From positions 9,057 to 73,056 of the forward strand of contig CBDDBX010000027.1 of the NCBI GenBank assembly GCA_965225955.1: 64,000 nt of DNA. Reading direction: 5' to 3'. Shown here piece by piece: positions 35,853 to 45,863 of this stretch. Both the position numbers and the translations under genes were made by a program. Source of the stretch: Candidatus Aminicenantia bacterium (lineage in GTDB: Bacteria > Acidobacteriota > Aminicenantia > UBA2199). The notes under the pieces were generated by a model that was not told where the DNA came from, searched no databases, and was given only the letters and a program-made list of their open reading frames with translations. Numbering within the stretch: position 1 is the stretch's first letter; each line of letters starts with the position of its first letter.

Positions 35853-36695
35853 ATGAAAATCAGAGCAATACAATTCGCCCCTGTTCTGGGGAATATGGAT
35901 AAGAATTTTGAGTTCCATGTCGAGAAAATAGAAGCAGCAGCTGTTGATGGAGTTGACCTTATTATTTTCCCTGAACTCAGTATTACAGGTTACGATCTGA
36001 AGGATCTTGTTTATGAAAATTCATTTAATAAAGATCATAAAATGCACAGAGAGTTTCTCAGGTTAAGTAAAAGTACGGATATTCTTATTGGAGCCCCCTG
36101 GGAAGAAGAAGCGGGAATAATCTATAATGCAGCAATTCTCTATTCTGCCGGTGAAGTTGTACATATTCATAAGAAGGTTCAGCTTCCCAATTTCGGAATG
36201 TTTGAGGAAGCAATGAATTTCAGAAAGGGAGATAGTTTTATGGCTTTCCCTTACAGAGGCTTTACTGCGGGAATCATAATCTGTCGTGAAATTCTCTTTC
36301 CATCTATTGCCTGGCTCTACTTTATGCAGAAAACAGACCTGCTTCTTGGAATATCAAACAGTCCTTTCAGAGGCCTGGGGGATAAAGGATTCTCTTCTCT
36401 GTCTCTCTGGGAAAGAGCTGGTGAGGTTAATGCTGTTAACTACCATCAGAACTATCTCTTTGTAAACAGAACGGGGTTTGAAAATGGTATGGGATTTGGA
36501 GGCGGCTCGTTCTATGCAGCTCCAGGTAAAGGTATTGTTGATAAGTGTCTCTATTTTGATGCAGATGAGATGGATGTGGAATTTGAACCGGATGCTGCAA
36601 GAAATGCAAGATTTTCAGCTAACTATCTCAGAGACGAAAATCCTGAAATAATAATGAATGAGTTGAAGAGGATTACAGATGTTCACAATAGATAA
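35853..36695 (+). CDS. Carbon-nitrogen hydrolase (nitrilase superfamily) family protein; probable glutaminase subunit for NadE.
   Basis: Catalytic E (FPELSITGY), K (HIHKKVQLP) and C (GIIICREI). Its stop overlaps the nadE start by 17 nt. Confidence 0.7.
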   Translation: MKIRAIQFAPVLGNMDKNFEFHVEKIEAAAVDGVDLIIFPELSITGYDLKDLVYENSFNKDHKMHREFLRLSKSTDILIGAPWEEEAGIIYNAAILYSAGEVVHIHKKVQLPNFGMFEEAMNFRKGDSFMAFPYRGFTAGIIICREILFPSIAWLYFMQKTDLLLGISNSPFRGLGDKGFSSLSLWERAGEVNAVNYHQNYLFVNRTGFENGMGFGGGSFYAAPGKGIVDKCLYFDADEMDVEFEPDAARNARFSANYLRDENPEIIMNELKRITDVHNR

Positions 36696-37494
36696 TAGTG
36701 TTACAGAGCATGTGCTATGTAGTTTTATAAAGGATAATGTGCATAAAAACGGTTTTAAAAAAGCCATTCTCGGAGTTTCCGGTGGTCTGGATTCCGCTGT
36801 TGTGGTTACTCTTTGCGCAAAGGCTCTTGGTTCTGAAAATGTGCATGGAATCCTGATGCCTTATAAGCTGTCTTCAAAAGAGAGTCTTGAGGATGGAGAA
36901 AAGATCTGTAAGCAGCTTAATGTATCTTATGATGTAATTGAGATTACAGACTCTGTAGATGCGTATTTTTCAAAGTTTCCCCCTGAGCATCCAATGCAGC
37001 TTGGTAATAAGTGTGCACGGGAAAGGATGTCAGTACTTTATGACTTCTCAGACAGAAAGAGAGCGCTTGTTGCAGGAACATCCAATAAGAGTGAACTTCT
37101 GATTGGCTACTCTACAATCTGGGGAGATTCAGCAGCAGCATTCATGCCTATCGGAGATCTTTACAAAACCCAGATTTTTACCTTTGCAGAATACCTTGGT
37201 GTTCCTGAATCCATAGTAAAAAAACAGCCATCAGCTGACTTGTGGGAAAACCAGACTGATGAAGGGGAGATCGGTTTTACATACAGAAGACTTGATGAGA
37301 TTCTCATGCGTTATGTGGACTGGAGAATGACACCTGAGCAGATTGTAGAAGATGGCTATGGTGAAGAGGATGTGCAGAGAGTTATAAAACTTATTGTTAA
37401 TTCACAATATAAGAGAACCATGCCATCAGTGGCAAAGCTTCAGAACAGAACTATAGGCATCGATTTCAGAATGCCCCGGGACTGGAAGAGGTAG
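36679..37494 (+). CDS. nadE: NH3-dependent NAD+ synthetase.
   Basis: PP-loop 'LGVSGGLDSAVV'; 271 aa. Confidence 0.85.
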   Translation: MFTIDNSVTEHVLCSFIKDNVHKNGFKKAILGVSGGLDSAVVVTLCAKALGSENVHGILMPYKLSSKESLEDGEKICKQLNVSYDVIEITDSVDAYFSKFPPEHPMQLGNKCARERMSVLYDFSDRKRALVAGTSNKSELLIGYSTIWGDSAAAFMPIGDLYKTQIFTFAEYLGVPESIVKKQPSADLWENQTDEGEIGFTYRRLDEILMRYVDWRMTPEQIVEDGYGEEDVQRVIKLIVNSQYKRTMPSVAKLQNRTIGIDFRMPRDWKR

Positions 37495-37495
37495 T

Positions 37496-38287
37496 GTGAC
37501 TCTCTATCTTGTTCCGGTTCCTGTTGGTAACCTCGATGATATAACCCTGCGTGCAGTAAAAATCCTTAAAGATGTGGATTTTATTATTGCAGAAGATACC
37601 AGATACTCTCTTAAACTCCTTAACCACCTGGATATAAGAAAACGGATGGTTAGCTATTACAGACCAAAGGAGCATGAAAAAGCAGGACGTATTGCAGATG
37701 AGATAGAGAAGGGGGCAACAGCAGCCCTTATTACTGACTGTGGGTCTCCATGTATCTCTGATCCGGGATATGTACTTGTAAATGAAGTGGTTTCAAGAGG
37801 AATAGATATCGTTGCCCTACCGGGGCCAACAGCTTTTGTACCAGCACTTTCAGCTTCAGGTATAGTAACGGATCGATTTCTTTTTGCAGGTTTTCCGCCC
37901 CGTAAAAAAGGGGAACTGATTAAATTCTTTGAAAAACTTGAAAATGAAACTGCTACAATGATTTTTTATGAATCCCCTAAGAGAGTTGAGGCTTTTCTCA
38001 GAGTTGCTGCAGAAGTTTTTGGAGAAAGGAAATTTGTACTGGCCAAAGAGTTAAGCAAAAAGAATGAAAAATACATCAGGGGAAATCTTTGCAGCATAGA
38101 TGAGGTTCTTGAGAATGAGGTGCTTCTTGGGGAGTTTGTGGTTATTCTTGAGGGAACTGTGGAAAGCAGCAGAGAAGAAGTACCGGAACTCAGTTCAATT
38201 GATGATATCTATGCCTATTTTATGAAAAAATACGGAATATCCAAAAACACCATTAAACAAATATTTATGACCAGAAACAGCAAATAG
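37496..38287 (+). CDS. rsmI: 16S rRNA (cytidine1402-2'-O)-methyltransferase RsmI (tetrapyrrole-methylase fold).
   Basis: 'LYLVPVPVGNLDDITLRAVKILKDVDFIIAEDTR'. GTG start. Confidence 0.85.
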   Translation: MTLYLVPVPVGNLDDITLRAVKILKDVDFIIAEDTRYSLKLLNHLDIRKRMVSYYRPKEHEKAGRIADEIEKGATAALITDCGSPCISDPGYVLVNEVVSRGIDIVALPGPTAFVPALSASGIVTDRFLFAGFPPRKKGELIKFFEKLENETATMIFYESPKRVEAFLRVAAEVFGERKFVLAKELSKKNEKYIRGNLCSIDEVLENEVLLGEFVVILEGTVESSREEVPELSSIDDIYAYFMKKYGISKNTIKQIFMTRNSK

Positions 38288-38363
38288 AGCAGTAATTGTA
38301 AGAATTATGCTGTTTCTTTCTTCAATTTACTTAAATAGTCATTAATGATATAATTCACGGAGT

Positions 38364-39002
38364 ATGAAAAGGCTGAAATATATTGTAGTTGATGGGCTTG
38401 TGAAGTCTGGTAAAACAGAACTCGCCAGAATCCTTTCTGAAAGACTTGGAGGGCGACTATTACTTGATAATACTGAGAGTCCTTTTGCATCAGATTTCTG
38501 TAATGGCCTCAATAGTGGTGATAGTTCCAGTTTTCTTAAGCATCAGCTGATTTTCCTTCTTAACAGATATCAGCAGCAGACAGAAGCTGCTCAGAAAGGA
38601 CTGTTTCATAAACTGACAATAAGTGACTATATATTTCTCCGTGATGCTATTTATGCGCACTCTGTACTTAGTGATGAAGAGCTTAAACTCTATAAAAAAA
38701 TGTTTGAGTTTCTTTCCAAAGATTCGGTAAAACCTGATCTTGCAGTATATCTCCAACTCTCATATTCAGAAATGCTCAAGAGAATAAAAGAGAACGGTAC
38801 AGAGGCTGAGAAGAAAATCCCCCGTGAATACTGGAGGGATGTTTTTGAATCGTACAATTTCTATTTCTTCAATTACAAGTTGTCTCCTCTTCTGGTTGTT
38901 AATATGGAAAAACTTGATCTTAACGATGAGAAAGAGGTGGATAATCTGGTGAATGAAATTTTAAACCATACAACAGGAACCAGTTACTATGCACCAGCCT
39001 AG
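38364..39002 (+). CDS. Deoxynucleoside kinase family protein.
   Basis: P-loop 'VDGLVKSGKTELARIL'; dNK-like length and motifs. Confidence 0.65.
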   Translation: MKRLKYIVVDGLVKSGKTELARILSERLGGRLLLDNTESPFASDFCNGLNSGDSSSFLKHQLIFLLNRYQQQTEAAQKGLFHKLTISDYIFLRDAIYAHSVLSDEELKLYKKMFEFLSKDSVKPDLAVYLQLSYSEMLKRIKENGTEAEKKIPREYWRDVFESYNFYFFNYKLSPLLVVNMEKLDLNDEKEVDNLVNEILNHTTGTSYYAPA

Positions 39003-39846
39003 AAAAGTTACTGCAAAATCCTTAAAACGTATCAAAAAGAACGGTGGCAGAATCTCTGCCATAACAGCCTATGATTATACAATGGCTTCCATTGTTTCGA
39101 GAGCCGGAATAGATATCATTCTCGTAGGGGATTCTCTCGGAATGGTTCTTCAGGGAGCCCCTCATACACTTAAAGTGACTATGGATCAGGTAGTTTATCA
39201 TACTACCATGGTTTCATCGGCTAAACCTGAAGCTCTTGTAATTGCAGATATGCCTTACGGCTCTTACCACGTTTCTGAAGAAGAGAGTGTAAGAAATGCT
39301 CTCAGATTCATAAAAGAGGGGGGCGCGGAGGCTGTAAAGCTGGAAGGGGGGGATAAAAGATTATCCCATATAAAGAGCATTCTTAATGCAGAGATACCTG
39401 TAATGGGGCATCTGGGACTGACTCCCCAGTCAGTGCATTCGATAGGTGGATTCAGAGTACAGGGTAAAATTAAAAGAAGAGCCCGGGAGATATTTGATCA
39501 GGCACTCCGTCTACAGGATGCAGGAATATTTGCTCTTCTTCTTGAGTCTATTCCTTATGAACTTGGTAAAAAGATCTCAGAAACTCTTGAAATCCCATGT
39601 ATCGGTATTGGTGCCGGCGCCGGCTGTGATGGGCAGATTCTGGTATGCAATGATCTTCTGGGACTTACAGATATGTACATGCCGAGTTTTGTACGGAAAT
39701 ATGCCAGCCTTAACAGTACAATTGAAGATGCTGTTAAGACATATATTGGGGAGATAAAGAACGGAGAATTCCCGGGTGAAAAAGAGACCACCTATCTTAA
39801 TAGTGATATAGAGGAATTTCTTAATGATAATAGTAAAAAAAATTGA
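38989..39846 (+). CDS. panB: 3-methyl-2-oxobutanoate hydroxymethyltransferase.
   Basis: 'ITAYDYTMASIVSRAGIDIILVGDSLGMV'. Confidence 0.9.
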   Translation: MHQPRKVTAKSLKRIKKNGGRISAITAYDYTMASIVSRAGIDIILVGDSLGMVLQGAPHTLKVTMDQVVYHTTMVSSAKPEALVIADMPYGSYHVSEEESVRNALRFIKEGGAEAVKLEGGDKRLSHIKSILNAEIPVMGHLGLTPQSVHSIGGFRVQGKIKRRAREIFDQALRLQDAGIFALLLESIPYELGKKISETLEIPCIGIGAGAGCDGQILVCNDLLGLTDMYMPSFVRKYASLNSTIEDAVKTYIGEIKNGEFPGEKETTYLNSDIEEFLNDNSKKN

Positions 39847-40666
39847 TGAACTGAAATCAATTCTGCGAAATGATCACAAATCAACAGGATTTGTGCCAAC
39901 AATGGGTTACCTCCATGAGGGGCATCTGAGTCTTGTAAAGGAGTCTGTCAGGCAGAATCAGAGAACAGTAGTTTCTATATATGTAAATCCTTCACAGTTT
40001 GGCGCAGGGGAAGATCTTGATAAATATCCAAGAGATATTGAGAGAGATATTGAGTTACTGGAGAGAGAAGGAACAGATATCCTTTTCCTGCCGGATAACA
40101 GAGAGATGTACCCTGCTGGTTATCTTACCTGGACTGAAGTATCAGAGCTGGACTCCCATCTATGTGGAGCTTCAAGACCTGATCACTTCAAAGGGGTTGT
40201 AACAATAGTTCTTAAATTTTTCAATATTGTAAGACCAGATAGAGCCTATATGGGACTTAAGGATGCACAGCAATACATAATTATCAGGAGAATGGTAAAA
40301 GATCTTAATCTGGATACAGATGTTGTAGGAATGCCTCTTGTAAGAGACAGAGATGGTATTGCTCTGTCCTCCAGAAACAGATACCTCTCTGAGATTCAGC
40401 GTAATCAGGCCTTATGTCTCAGTCGTAGCCTGAAGAAGATCAGGGCTTCTGTTGAGAATGGTGTGACTTCTGTTGAGAAACTCAGAGAAATAGTAGAAAA
40501 TGAAATATCAGAAAGCAGTGAGGCTGTAATAGATTACCTGGCCTTTGTATCAGTTAAAACTCTTGAGCCTCTTTCAGAAATAGATATTGACGGGAGCCTT
40601 ATTGCTATGGCTGTCAGATTTGGAAAAACAAGATTAATAGATAATTTAATTTTAGGAGATATATAG
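39824..40666 (+). CDS. panC: Pantoate--beta-alanine ligase.
   Basis: 'GFVPTMGYLHEGHLSLV'. Confidence 0.9.
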   Translation: MIIVKKIDELKSILRNDHKSTGFVPTMGYLHEGHLSLVKESVRQNQRTVVSIYVNPSQFGAGEDLDKYPRDIERDIELLEREGTDILFLPDNREMYPAGYLTWTEVSELDSHLCGASRPDHFKGVVTIVLKFFNIVRPDRAYMGLKDAQQYIIIRRMVKDLNLDTDVVGMPLVRDRDGIALSSRNRYLSEIQRNQALCLSRSLKKIRASVENGVTSVEKLREIVENEISESSEAVIDYLAFVSVKTLEPLSEIDIDGSLIAMAVRFGKTRLIDNLILGDI

Positions 40667-41032
40667 ATGTTAATTGCACTTTTGTCTGCGCGTATAGATA
40701 ATCTCAAAGTAACATCCGGCAGTTATGCAGTTCCACTTGCTGTTGGTATTGATGGTGATATTGTTGAAAAAGCAGGCATAAAAGATTATCAGGAGATCAG
40801 GGTATATAATAGAAAAAGTGGTAAGAGTGTAACTGGTTATGCTGTTTCTCTGCCGGAAGGTTCAGGTAGGGTTGAACTGGATAGTGCCTCTTTTGGTGCA
40901 GAAGCCGGAGATGTGCTTGTAATTTCTGCTTTCAGCTATCTGCCTGAAAAGGATCTTGGGTCCAGAGATATAAATATTGTACACGTTGATGAAAATAACG
41001 CCATAGCCCGGGTATCTACTGGAAAAATTTAA
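40667..41032 (+). CDS. panD: Aspartate 1-decarboxylase (pyruvoyl-dependent).
   Basis: 121 aa. 'KVTSGSYAVPLAVGID' contains the Gly-Ser self-cleavage site. Sits directly after panBC. Confidence 0.75.
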   Translation: MLIALLSARIDNLKVTSGSYAVPLAVGIDGDIVEKAGIKDYQEIRVYNRKSGKSVTGYAVSLPEGSGRVELDSASFGAEAGDVLVISAFSYLPEKDLGSRDINIVHVDENNAIARVSTGKI

Positions 41033-41049
41033 TTGGAGACAGGAGAATA

Positions 41050-41358
41050 ATGATGAACGACGGATATTGTGAGACAGATTCAGAAGTAATTTTTATGGAA
41101 GATCTGAAGCAGGAGTTTCTTGAAGGTATACCTGAACAAATTAAGGATATGCGAAGCTTTCTTACAGAAGGAGAGCTTGATGAAGTAACCAGAATAGCTC
41201 ACGATATAAAGGGGACAGCCGGAGTTTTTGATATGGATGAAGGGTCTGATATAGCACTTTCTCTACAGGTAGCTTCTGCTGAGGATCGCCTGGAAGATTG
41301 TGTTGTACTTGTTGAGAAGCTGGCCTGCTATATGAGAGCTAAAGGAGCTTCTATTTAA
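41050..41358 (+). CDS. Hpt (histidine phosphotransfer) domain protein.
   Basis: 'AHDIKGTAGVF' Hpt motif with the phospho-accepting His. Confidence 0.65.
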   Translation: MMNDGYCETDSEVIFMEDLKQEFLEGIPEQIKDMRSFLTEGELDEVTRIAHDIKGTAGVFDMDEGSDIALSLQVASAEDRLEDCVVLVEKLACYMRAKGASI

Positions 41359-41383
41359 AATTTGATAATACTGGAGAAAAAAA

Positions 41384-42367
41384 ATGAAGAAAATTACGGG
41401 AATTGGAAATGCTCTTGTGGATATACTGATTAGAACAGAAGAGAGTGTACTTGATAAAAACGAGCTGCCTAAAGGTAGTATGATACTTGTTGATAGTGAC
41501 AGATCACTTTCAATACAGAAGAGTCTTGAGAACGAGCAAAAAGATATGTCATCAGGTGGATCAGTTGCCAATACTATAAGAGGCATTGCTGATCTGGGTG
41601 GTAAAGCAGGATATATAGGTAAAGTAGGGAATGACCAGTATGGTGATTTCTATGAAAACTATATGAGAGATAAAGGAATTGAGACATTTGTAGGAAGAGG
41701 TAATGAACGTACAGGATGTTGTACTGTACTTATAACAGAAGACAGCGAAAGAACTTTTGCCACATACCTTGGCGCAGCAATTGAGCTGGGAGTAGATGAT
41801 ATTACTGAAGATCTTTTCAAAGGTTACTCATACTTTCATATAGAAGGGTATCTTGTACAGAATAAACCTATGCTGGATAAAGCAATGGAAGTTGCTAAAG
41901 CTGCGGGTGTAACCTGTTCAATAGATCTGGCAAGTTATAATATGGTGGATGAGAACAGAGAATACTATCTGAAAAAGATCGCTGAATCTATAGATATTGT
42001 TTTTGCAAATGAAGAAGAAGCTGCTTCTCTTACTGGTAAACAGAATCCTGCAGAAGCACTTGAAATAATTGCAGAGATGACTGAAATTGCTGTGGTAAAA
42101 TGCGGTGGTGATGGATCTCTCATTGCTGTCGGGAATGAAAGATATACAGTTGCACCTTTCAAAGTTGAAGCTGTTGATACAACCGGAGCAGGTGACTACT
42201 ATGCAGCTGGTTTTCTCTATGGCCTTGCAGCGGGGTACTCTTATGAAGAGAGTGGAATGATTGGTTCACGTCTTGCTTCAGAAGTAGTAAGAATTATAGG
42301 TACAACTCTTAGTGAAGAGAAAATAGATGAGATAAATAAGTGGGTTAAATCTGAACTGAAAAAATAA
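41384..42367 (+). CDS. PfkB family carbohydrate/nucleoside kinase (adenosine kinase/ribokinase-like).
   Basis: 'DTTGAGDYYAAGFLYGL' ATP-binding signature. Confidence 0.8.
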   Translation: MKKITGIGNALVDILIRTEESVLDKNELPKGSMILVDSDRSLSIQKSLENEQKDMSSGGSVANTIRGIADLGGKAGYIGKVGNDQYGDFYENYMRDKGIETFVGRGNERTGCCTVLITEDSERTFATYLGAAIELGVDDITEDLFKGYSYFHIEGYLVQNKPMLDKAMEVAKAAGVTCSIDLASYNMVDENREYYLKKIAESIDIVFANEEEAASLTGKQNPAEALEIIAEMTEIAVVKCGGDGSLIAVGNERYTVAPFKVEAVDTTGAGDYYAAGFLYGLAAGYSYEESGMIGSRLASEVVRIIGTTLSEEKIDEINKWVKSELKK

Positions 42368-42384
42368 CCCGGTAAAATATTGAG

Positions 42385-42409
42385 GTAACCGGTTTTTATA
42401 ACCGGTTAC
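42385..42409. terminator. Bidirectional terminator-like hairpin between convergent pfkB-like and cheZ-like genes.
   Basis: 'gtaaccggtt tttat aaccggttac' gives a 10-bp perfect stem. Confidence 0.5.
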
Positions 42410-42422
42410 ATATTAAAGATTT

Positions 42423-43256
42423 CTATTTCTGCTGGCTGTTAAAGTCAGCAATTATTTTGTCAACATCAGAAAGATCTGCGTCTACTGAAGCTGCAGCTCT
42501 TGATCCTGTAACCTCATGTTCATCATCAACTGCTGCTGAGGCGTCAATCTGTCCCCCCTGAAAATCATTGATAATCTGGTCTACGTCACTTTTATCCTGA
42601 TCAGAAACCATAGTTTTATTGTCGATCTGGTGACCGAAATGATCAGGTTTATCTGCTTCATATCCAAGAAGATCATTAAGATATTCATTCAGTTTGGCAA
42701 GAGTATACATTACCTTCATCAGTTTCTGACGGTTAATATCCTGAAACTGGAAAGCATCCATTGCGTCAAATATTGTATTCTCAATGGACTGGCTGTACTC
42801 TTTTAAATACTGCATCACTTCGGCAACATCAACAGCTCCGGGACAATTCTCATTTAATTTTGAAATGTCTCCAATAAACTTGTTCTGTTGTGAAATGAGT
42901 GTAAGTACCTTGTCAAGGTAATTCATAACAAGGTTGGTACCCTCTTCAGAAGCCTCAGTAACTTTGGAGATCTGCCCCATAACCTTACCACGCTTCTGCG
43001 CTTCAGTAACAGCTGCCTGCTGTGGAGTTGGTTCAGGTTCAGCTGTTTCAGTGACAGGTTCTGCTACTGGTTCAGTTGCAGCTGCAACACCAGTCGCTTC
43101 TGCAGCAATACTCTCTGCAACAGCCTGAAAATCTACTTCAGCTTCGTCTGTTTCTTCAGTTTTACTTGTTAGATTTTCGTAAATCTCCTGCTGTTTGTTA
43201 TCTTCTTCAGCAAAACTACCGCTTTTCAGAAGCTCATCAATGGCATTCTGATCCAT
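42423..43256 (-). CDS. cheZ: CheZ-like CheY-P phosphatase (acidic protein).
   Basis: 'DAFQFQDINRQ' resembles the CheZ active-site 'AQDFQDLTGQ' (D..Q). Acidic C-terminus. Immediately downstream of cheY in the same operon. Confidence 0.5.
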   Translation of the reverse strand: MDQNAIDELLKSGSFAEEDNKQQEIYENLTSKTEETDEAEVDFQAVAESIAAEATGVAAATEPVAEPVTETAEPEPTPQQAAVTEAQKRGKVMGQISKVTEASEEGTNLVMNYLDKVLTLISQQNKFIGDISKLNENCPGAVDVAEVMQYLKEYSQSIENTIFDAMDAFQFQDINRQKLMKVMYTLAKLNEYLNDLLGYEADKPDHFGHQIDNKTMVSDQDKSDVDQIINDFQGGQIDASAAVDDEHEVTGSRAAASVDADLSDVDKIIADFNSQQK

Positions 43257-43257
43257 T

Positions 43258-43608
43258 TTATTTGAGTACCGCCTCTACTTTCTCTTTCAGTGTTTCTGGT
43301 GTAAAGGGTTTTACGATGTAGTTGTTCACTCCGTTTTTCAGAGCTGACACGATATCATCTTTCGCAGCATTTGTTGTAACCATTAATATCGGAATAGATG
43401 CATTACCTGTTCTGACGTTCTTTACAAATTCAAGACCATCCATTTCAGGCATATTCCAGTCGGTAAGGATGATGTCAATACCACCAAGTTTAGTTAAAGC
43501 ATCCTGTCCGTTTTCTGCTTCAACAATATCTTCGTAACCAATTCTTTTTAAGGTGTTTTTAATTATTCTTCTCATTGTTGAGGAATCATCTACGACTAAA
43601 AATTTCAT
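43258..43608 (-). CDS. cheY: Single-domain response regulator CheY.
   Basis: 116 aa. 'FLVVDDSSTMRRI', 'ILTDWNMPEMDGL', and the conserved K in 'YIVKPF'. Confidence 0.85.
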   Translation of the reverse strand: MKFLVVDDSSTMRRIIKNTLKRIGYEDIVEAENGQDALTKLGGIDIILTDWNMPEMDGLEFVKNVRTGNASIPILMVTTNAAKDDIVSALKNGVNNYIVKPFTPETLKEKVEAVLK

Positions 43609-43775
43609 TCTTTATCTCCTGCCGTTATTCATATTAATATCATATAATTTAAAATTATTATTCTAAAAAGTCAACCGATTCGTAATCCATTATACCATAA
43701 TCTCTTTTAAAAAACTTTTCCTCCAGGTAAAAGAGGTCAGGATTGACATCATTTTGCTGTGTATATATATTTTTA

Positions 43776-44228
43776 ATTATGACAGATATATATAAAGTTC
43801 CAAAGAAAGAGAAGGATGTAATTGTTCAACTTGATGGTAAAGCGGGGACACCGGAAAAATACACTGTTTTTCTGAACTGTATTTCAAGATATGGCAATAC
43901 AGAAGAGACAGTGGATGAATTTCTCAAAGAGTCTGTGGACTTTTTTGGGGTAAGAGCAGTTGAAGATGGACGTTTTTCAATAATTAATTATGAGGCTATT
44001 GTCTATGTAATGGAAACCGAAGCCTTTGATCACGAAGCCAGAGACAGTTACAAACTGGTACTTGCAGGTGGTGAAGAGATTGATGTTCTTGATTACACTC
44101 AGAGACCCTCTCAATACTCCAGAATACTCGACTATCTTAATAGTGGGGAAAAGTTTCTCTCTTTTATCTGTGATAACAGGCGTATTTACGTCAATCGTGC
44201 CAAAATTCTGAGAGTTGAAGTCAAATGA
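43776..44228 (+). CDS. Hypothetical protein (150 aa) translationally coupled to the PilT-like ATPase.
   Basis: ATGA overlap with the downstream ATPase. No recognisable family. Confidence 0.45.
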   Translation: MMTDIYKVPKKEKDVIVQLDGKAGTPEKYTVFLNCISRYGNTEETVDEFLKESVDFFGVRAVEDGRFSIINYEAIVYVMETEAFDHEARDSYKLVLAGGEEIDVLDYTQRPSQYSRILDYLNSGEKFLSFICDNRRIYVNRAKILRVEVK

Positions 44229-45664
44229 GCAGCAATATAGAGAAGTTCCTTGATGCATTCCTTAACTGGAATGGTGAGAGGCTTATCGTTGCACTGGGTA
44301 AGCAGGTTTGTGTTGAAAAAGATACTTCTCTGGTGCCAATAATTAAAAAAGAACTGAATGAAAGGGAGTTTCAGCTCCTTAAATCTGAGTTCAGTAAAAT
44401 TTTTGGTGATAACAGATCTATTGAATTCAGAGGCAGAGAAATATTTGTCTCTTCAAATGAGAGTGAGTTAATATTCTCGGTTGCTGACGATAGCCAGATA
44501 ACCGGTGCATTTGCACGGGGTGATGTTGAAAAGAGTATGAGTAGCCCTGAACCAGTTGCAGAAGAAGAACCAGTAGTACAGGGGAGTGCGGAATTTAATC
44601 TCCAGAGTCTTCTTAAGCTGATGGTTGATAAAGGCTGTTCTGATCTGCACTTATGTACAGGATGCTACCCTTACATGAGACTTGACGGGGACATGATTAC
44701 CTTTGAAGAGTACGGTAAGATTGAAGAGAAGGTGCTGTGGGAACAGCTGGAAGAGATAACACCTGGTATCAATGTTGACGAGTTCAGAAAAGATAATGAC
44801 ACTGATTATGCATACTCCCGGAAAGGGCTTGCACGGTTCAGGGCAAACCTTTTTAAAGACAACAGAGGTGTTGGAGCTGTTTTTCGTCAGATTCCCGAAA
44901 AGATACTTACTGTTGACCAGCTTGGAGTACCTGAAGCGGTAGTGAATCTCTGTTCTATTCCTAAAGGACTTATTCTGGTAACAGGGCCTACAGGAAGTGG
45001 TAAATCAACTACTCTGGCAGCACTGATAGATAATATAAACAGAACTCAGAAAAAGCATATAATTACAATTGAAGATCCAGTGGAATTTGTGCATGAAAAC
45101 CAGCTCTCACTTGTTAATCAGAGAGAGATAAGTACTCATACACACTCATTTAAAAGAGCCCTGAGGGCTGCTTTAAGAGAAGATCCCGATGTGATTCTTG
45201 TTGGTGAGATGAGAGATCTGGAAACTATTGCAATTGCAATTGAAATGGCTGTTACAGGGCATCTTGTATTTGGAACCCTGCATACTTCTACAGCTATGGG
45301 AACTGTAGATCGTATAATTGATCAGTTTCCTGCAGATGAGCAGCCCCAGATCAGAACAATGCTTGCTGATTCACTTAAAGGAGTTGTTTCACAGACTCTG
45401 CTTAAAAAGAAGAAAGGGGGAAGAGTTGGAGCTTATGAAGTTCTGATTTCAAGTCCTGCAATAGCAAATCTTATCAGAGAAGGGAAAACCTTCCAGATTG
45501 CAACTCTCATGCAGACAGGTAAAGCTCAGGGAATGCAGATGATCAATTCTGTACTTGCTGATCTTGTAGCTTCAGGTGAGGTTGATGCTGATGAGGCCGT
45601 TATGAAAGCTGTAGACAAAGATAATCTGAAAATGCAGCTTAAAGGAAAAGGACTTATGGATTAA
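44225..45664 (+). CDS. PilT-family type IV pilus retraction-type ATPase with a ~125-aa N-terminal extension.
   Basis: Walker A 'GPTGSGKSTT', Asp box, His box 'HLVFGTLHT', and the PilT signature 'AIANLIREGK'. Confidence 0.8.
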   Translation: MSSNIEKFLDAFLNWNGERLIVALGKQVCVEKDTSLVPIIKKELNEREFQLLKSEFSKIFGDNRSIEFRGREIFVSSNESELIFSVADDSQITGAFARGDVEKSMSSPEPVAEEEPVVQGSAEFNLQSLLKLMVDKGCSDLHLCTGCYPYMRLDGDMITFEEYGKIEEKVLWEQLEEITPGINVDEFRKDNDTDYAYSRKGLARFRANLFKDNRGVGAVFRQIPEKILTVDQLGVPEAVVNLCSIPKGLILVTGPTGSGKSTTLAALIDNINRTQKKHIITIEDPVEFVHENQLSLVNQREISTHTHSFKRALRAALREDPDVILVGEMRDLETIAIAIEMAVTGHLVFGTLHTSTAMGTVDRIIDQFPADEQPQIRTMLADSLKGVVSQTLLKKKKGGRVGAYEVLISSPAIANLIREGKTFQIATLMQTGKAQGMQMINSVLADLVASGEVDADEAVMKAVDKDNLKMQLKGKGLMD

Positions 45665-45717
45665 GTTCTTTTCTGCTCAGGATCTTTGTTATTAAAAAAA
45701 AGACTATTTATTTCATA

Positions 45718-45743
45718 AAAAGACAGTAATTTTACTGTCTTTA
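45718..45743 (+). terminator. Rho-independent terminator downstream of the pilT-like gene.
   Basis: 'aaagacagta attt tactgtcttt' followed by 'att'. Confidence 0.6.
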
Positions 45744-45863
45744 TTCCTAATCGTAAAAAAAATTTTTTTTTGCTTTAAAATCCTCTATATAAGTGAGCCG
45801 GAAAGGGGATACTGCTGTTCTGACAGAGTTGACTTTTGATCTGAATAACGATATAAAATCTCT

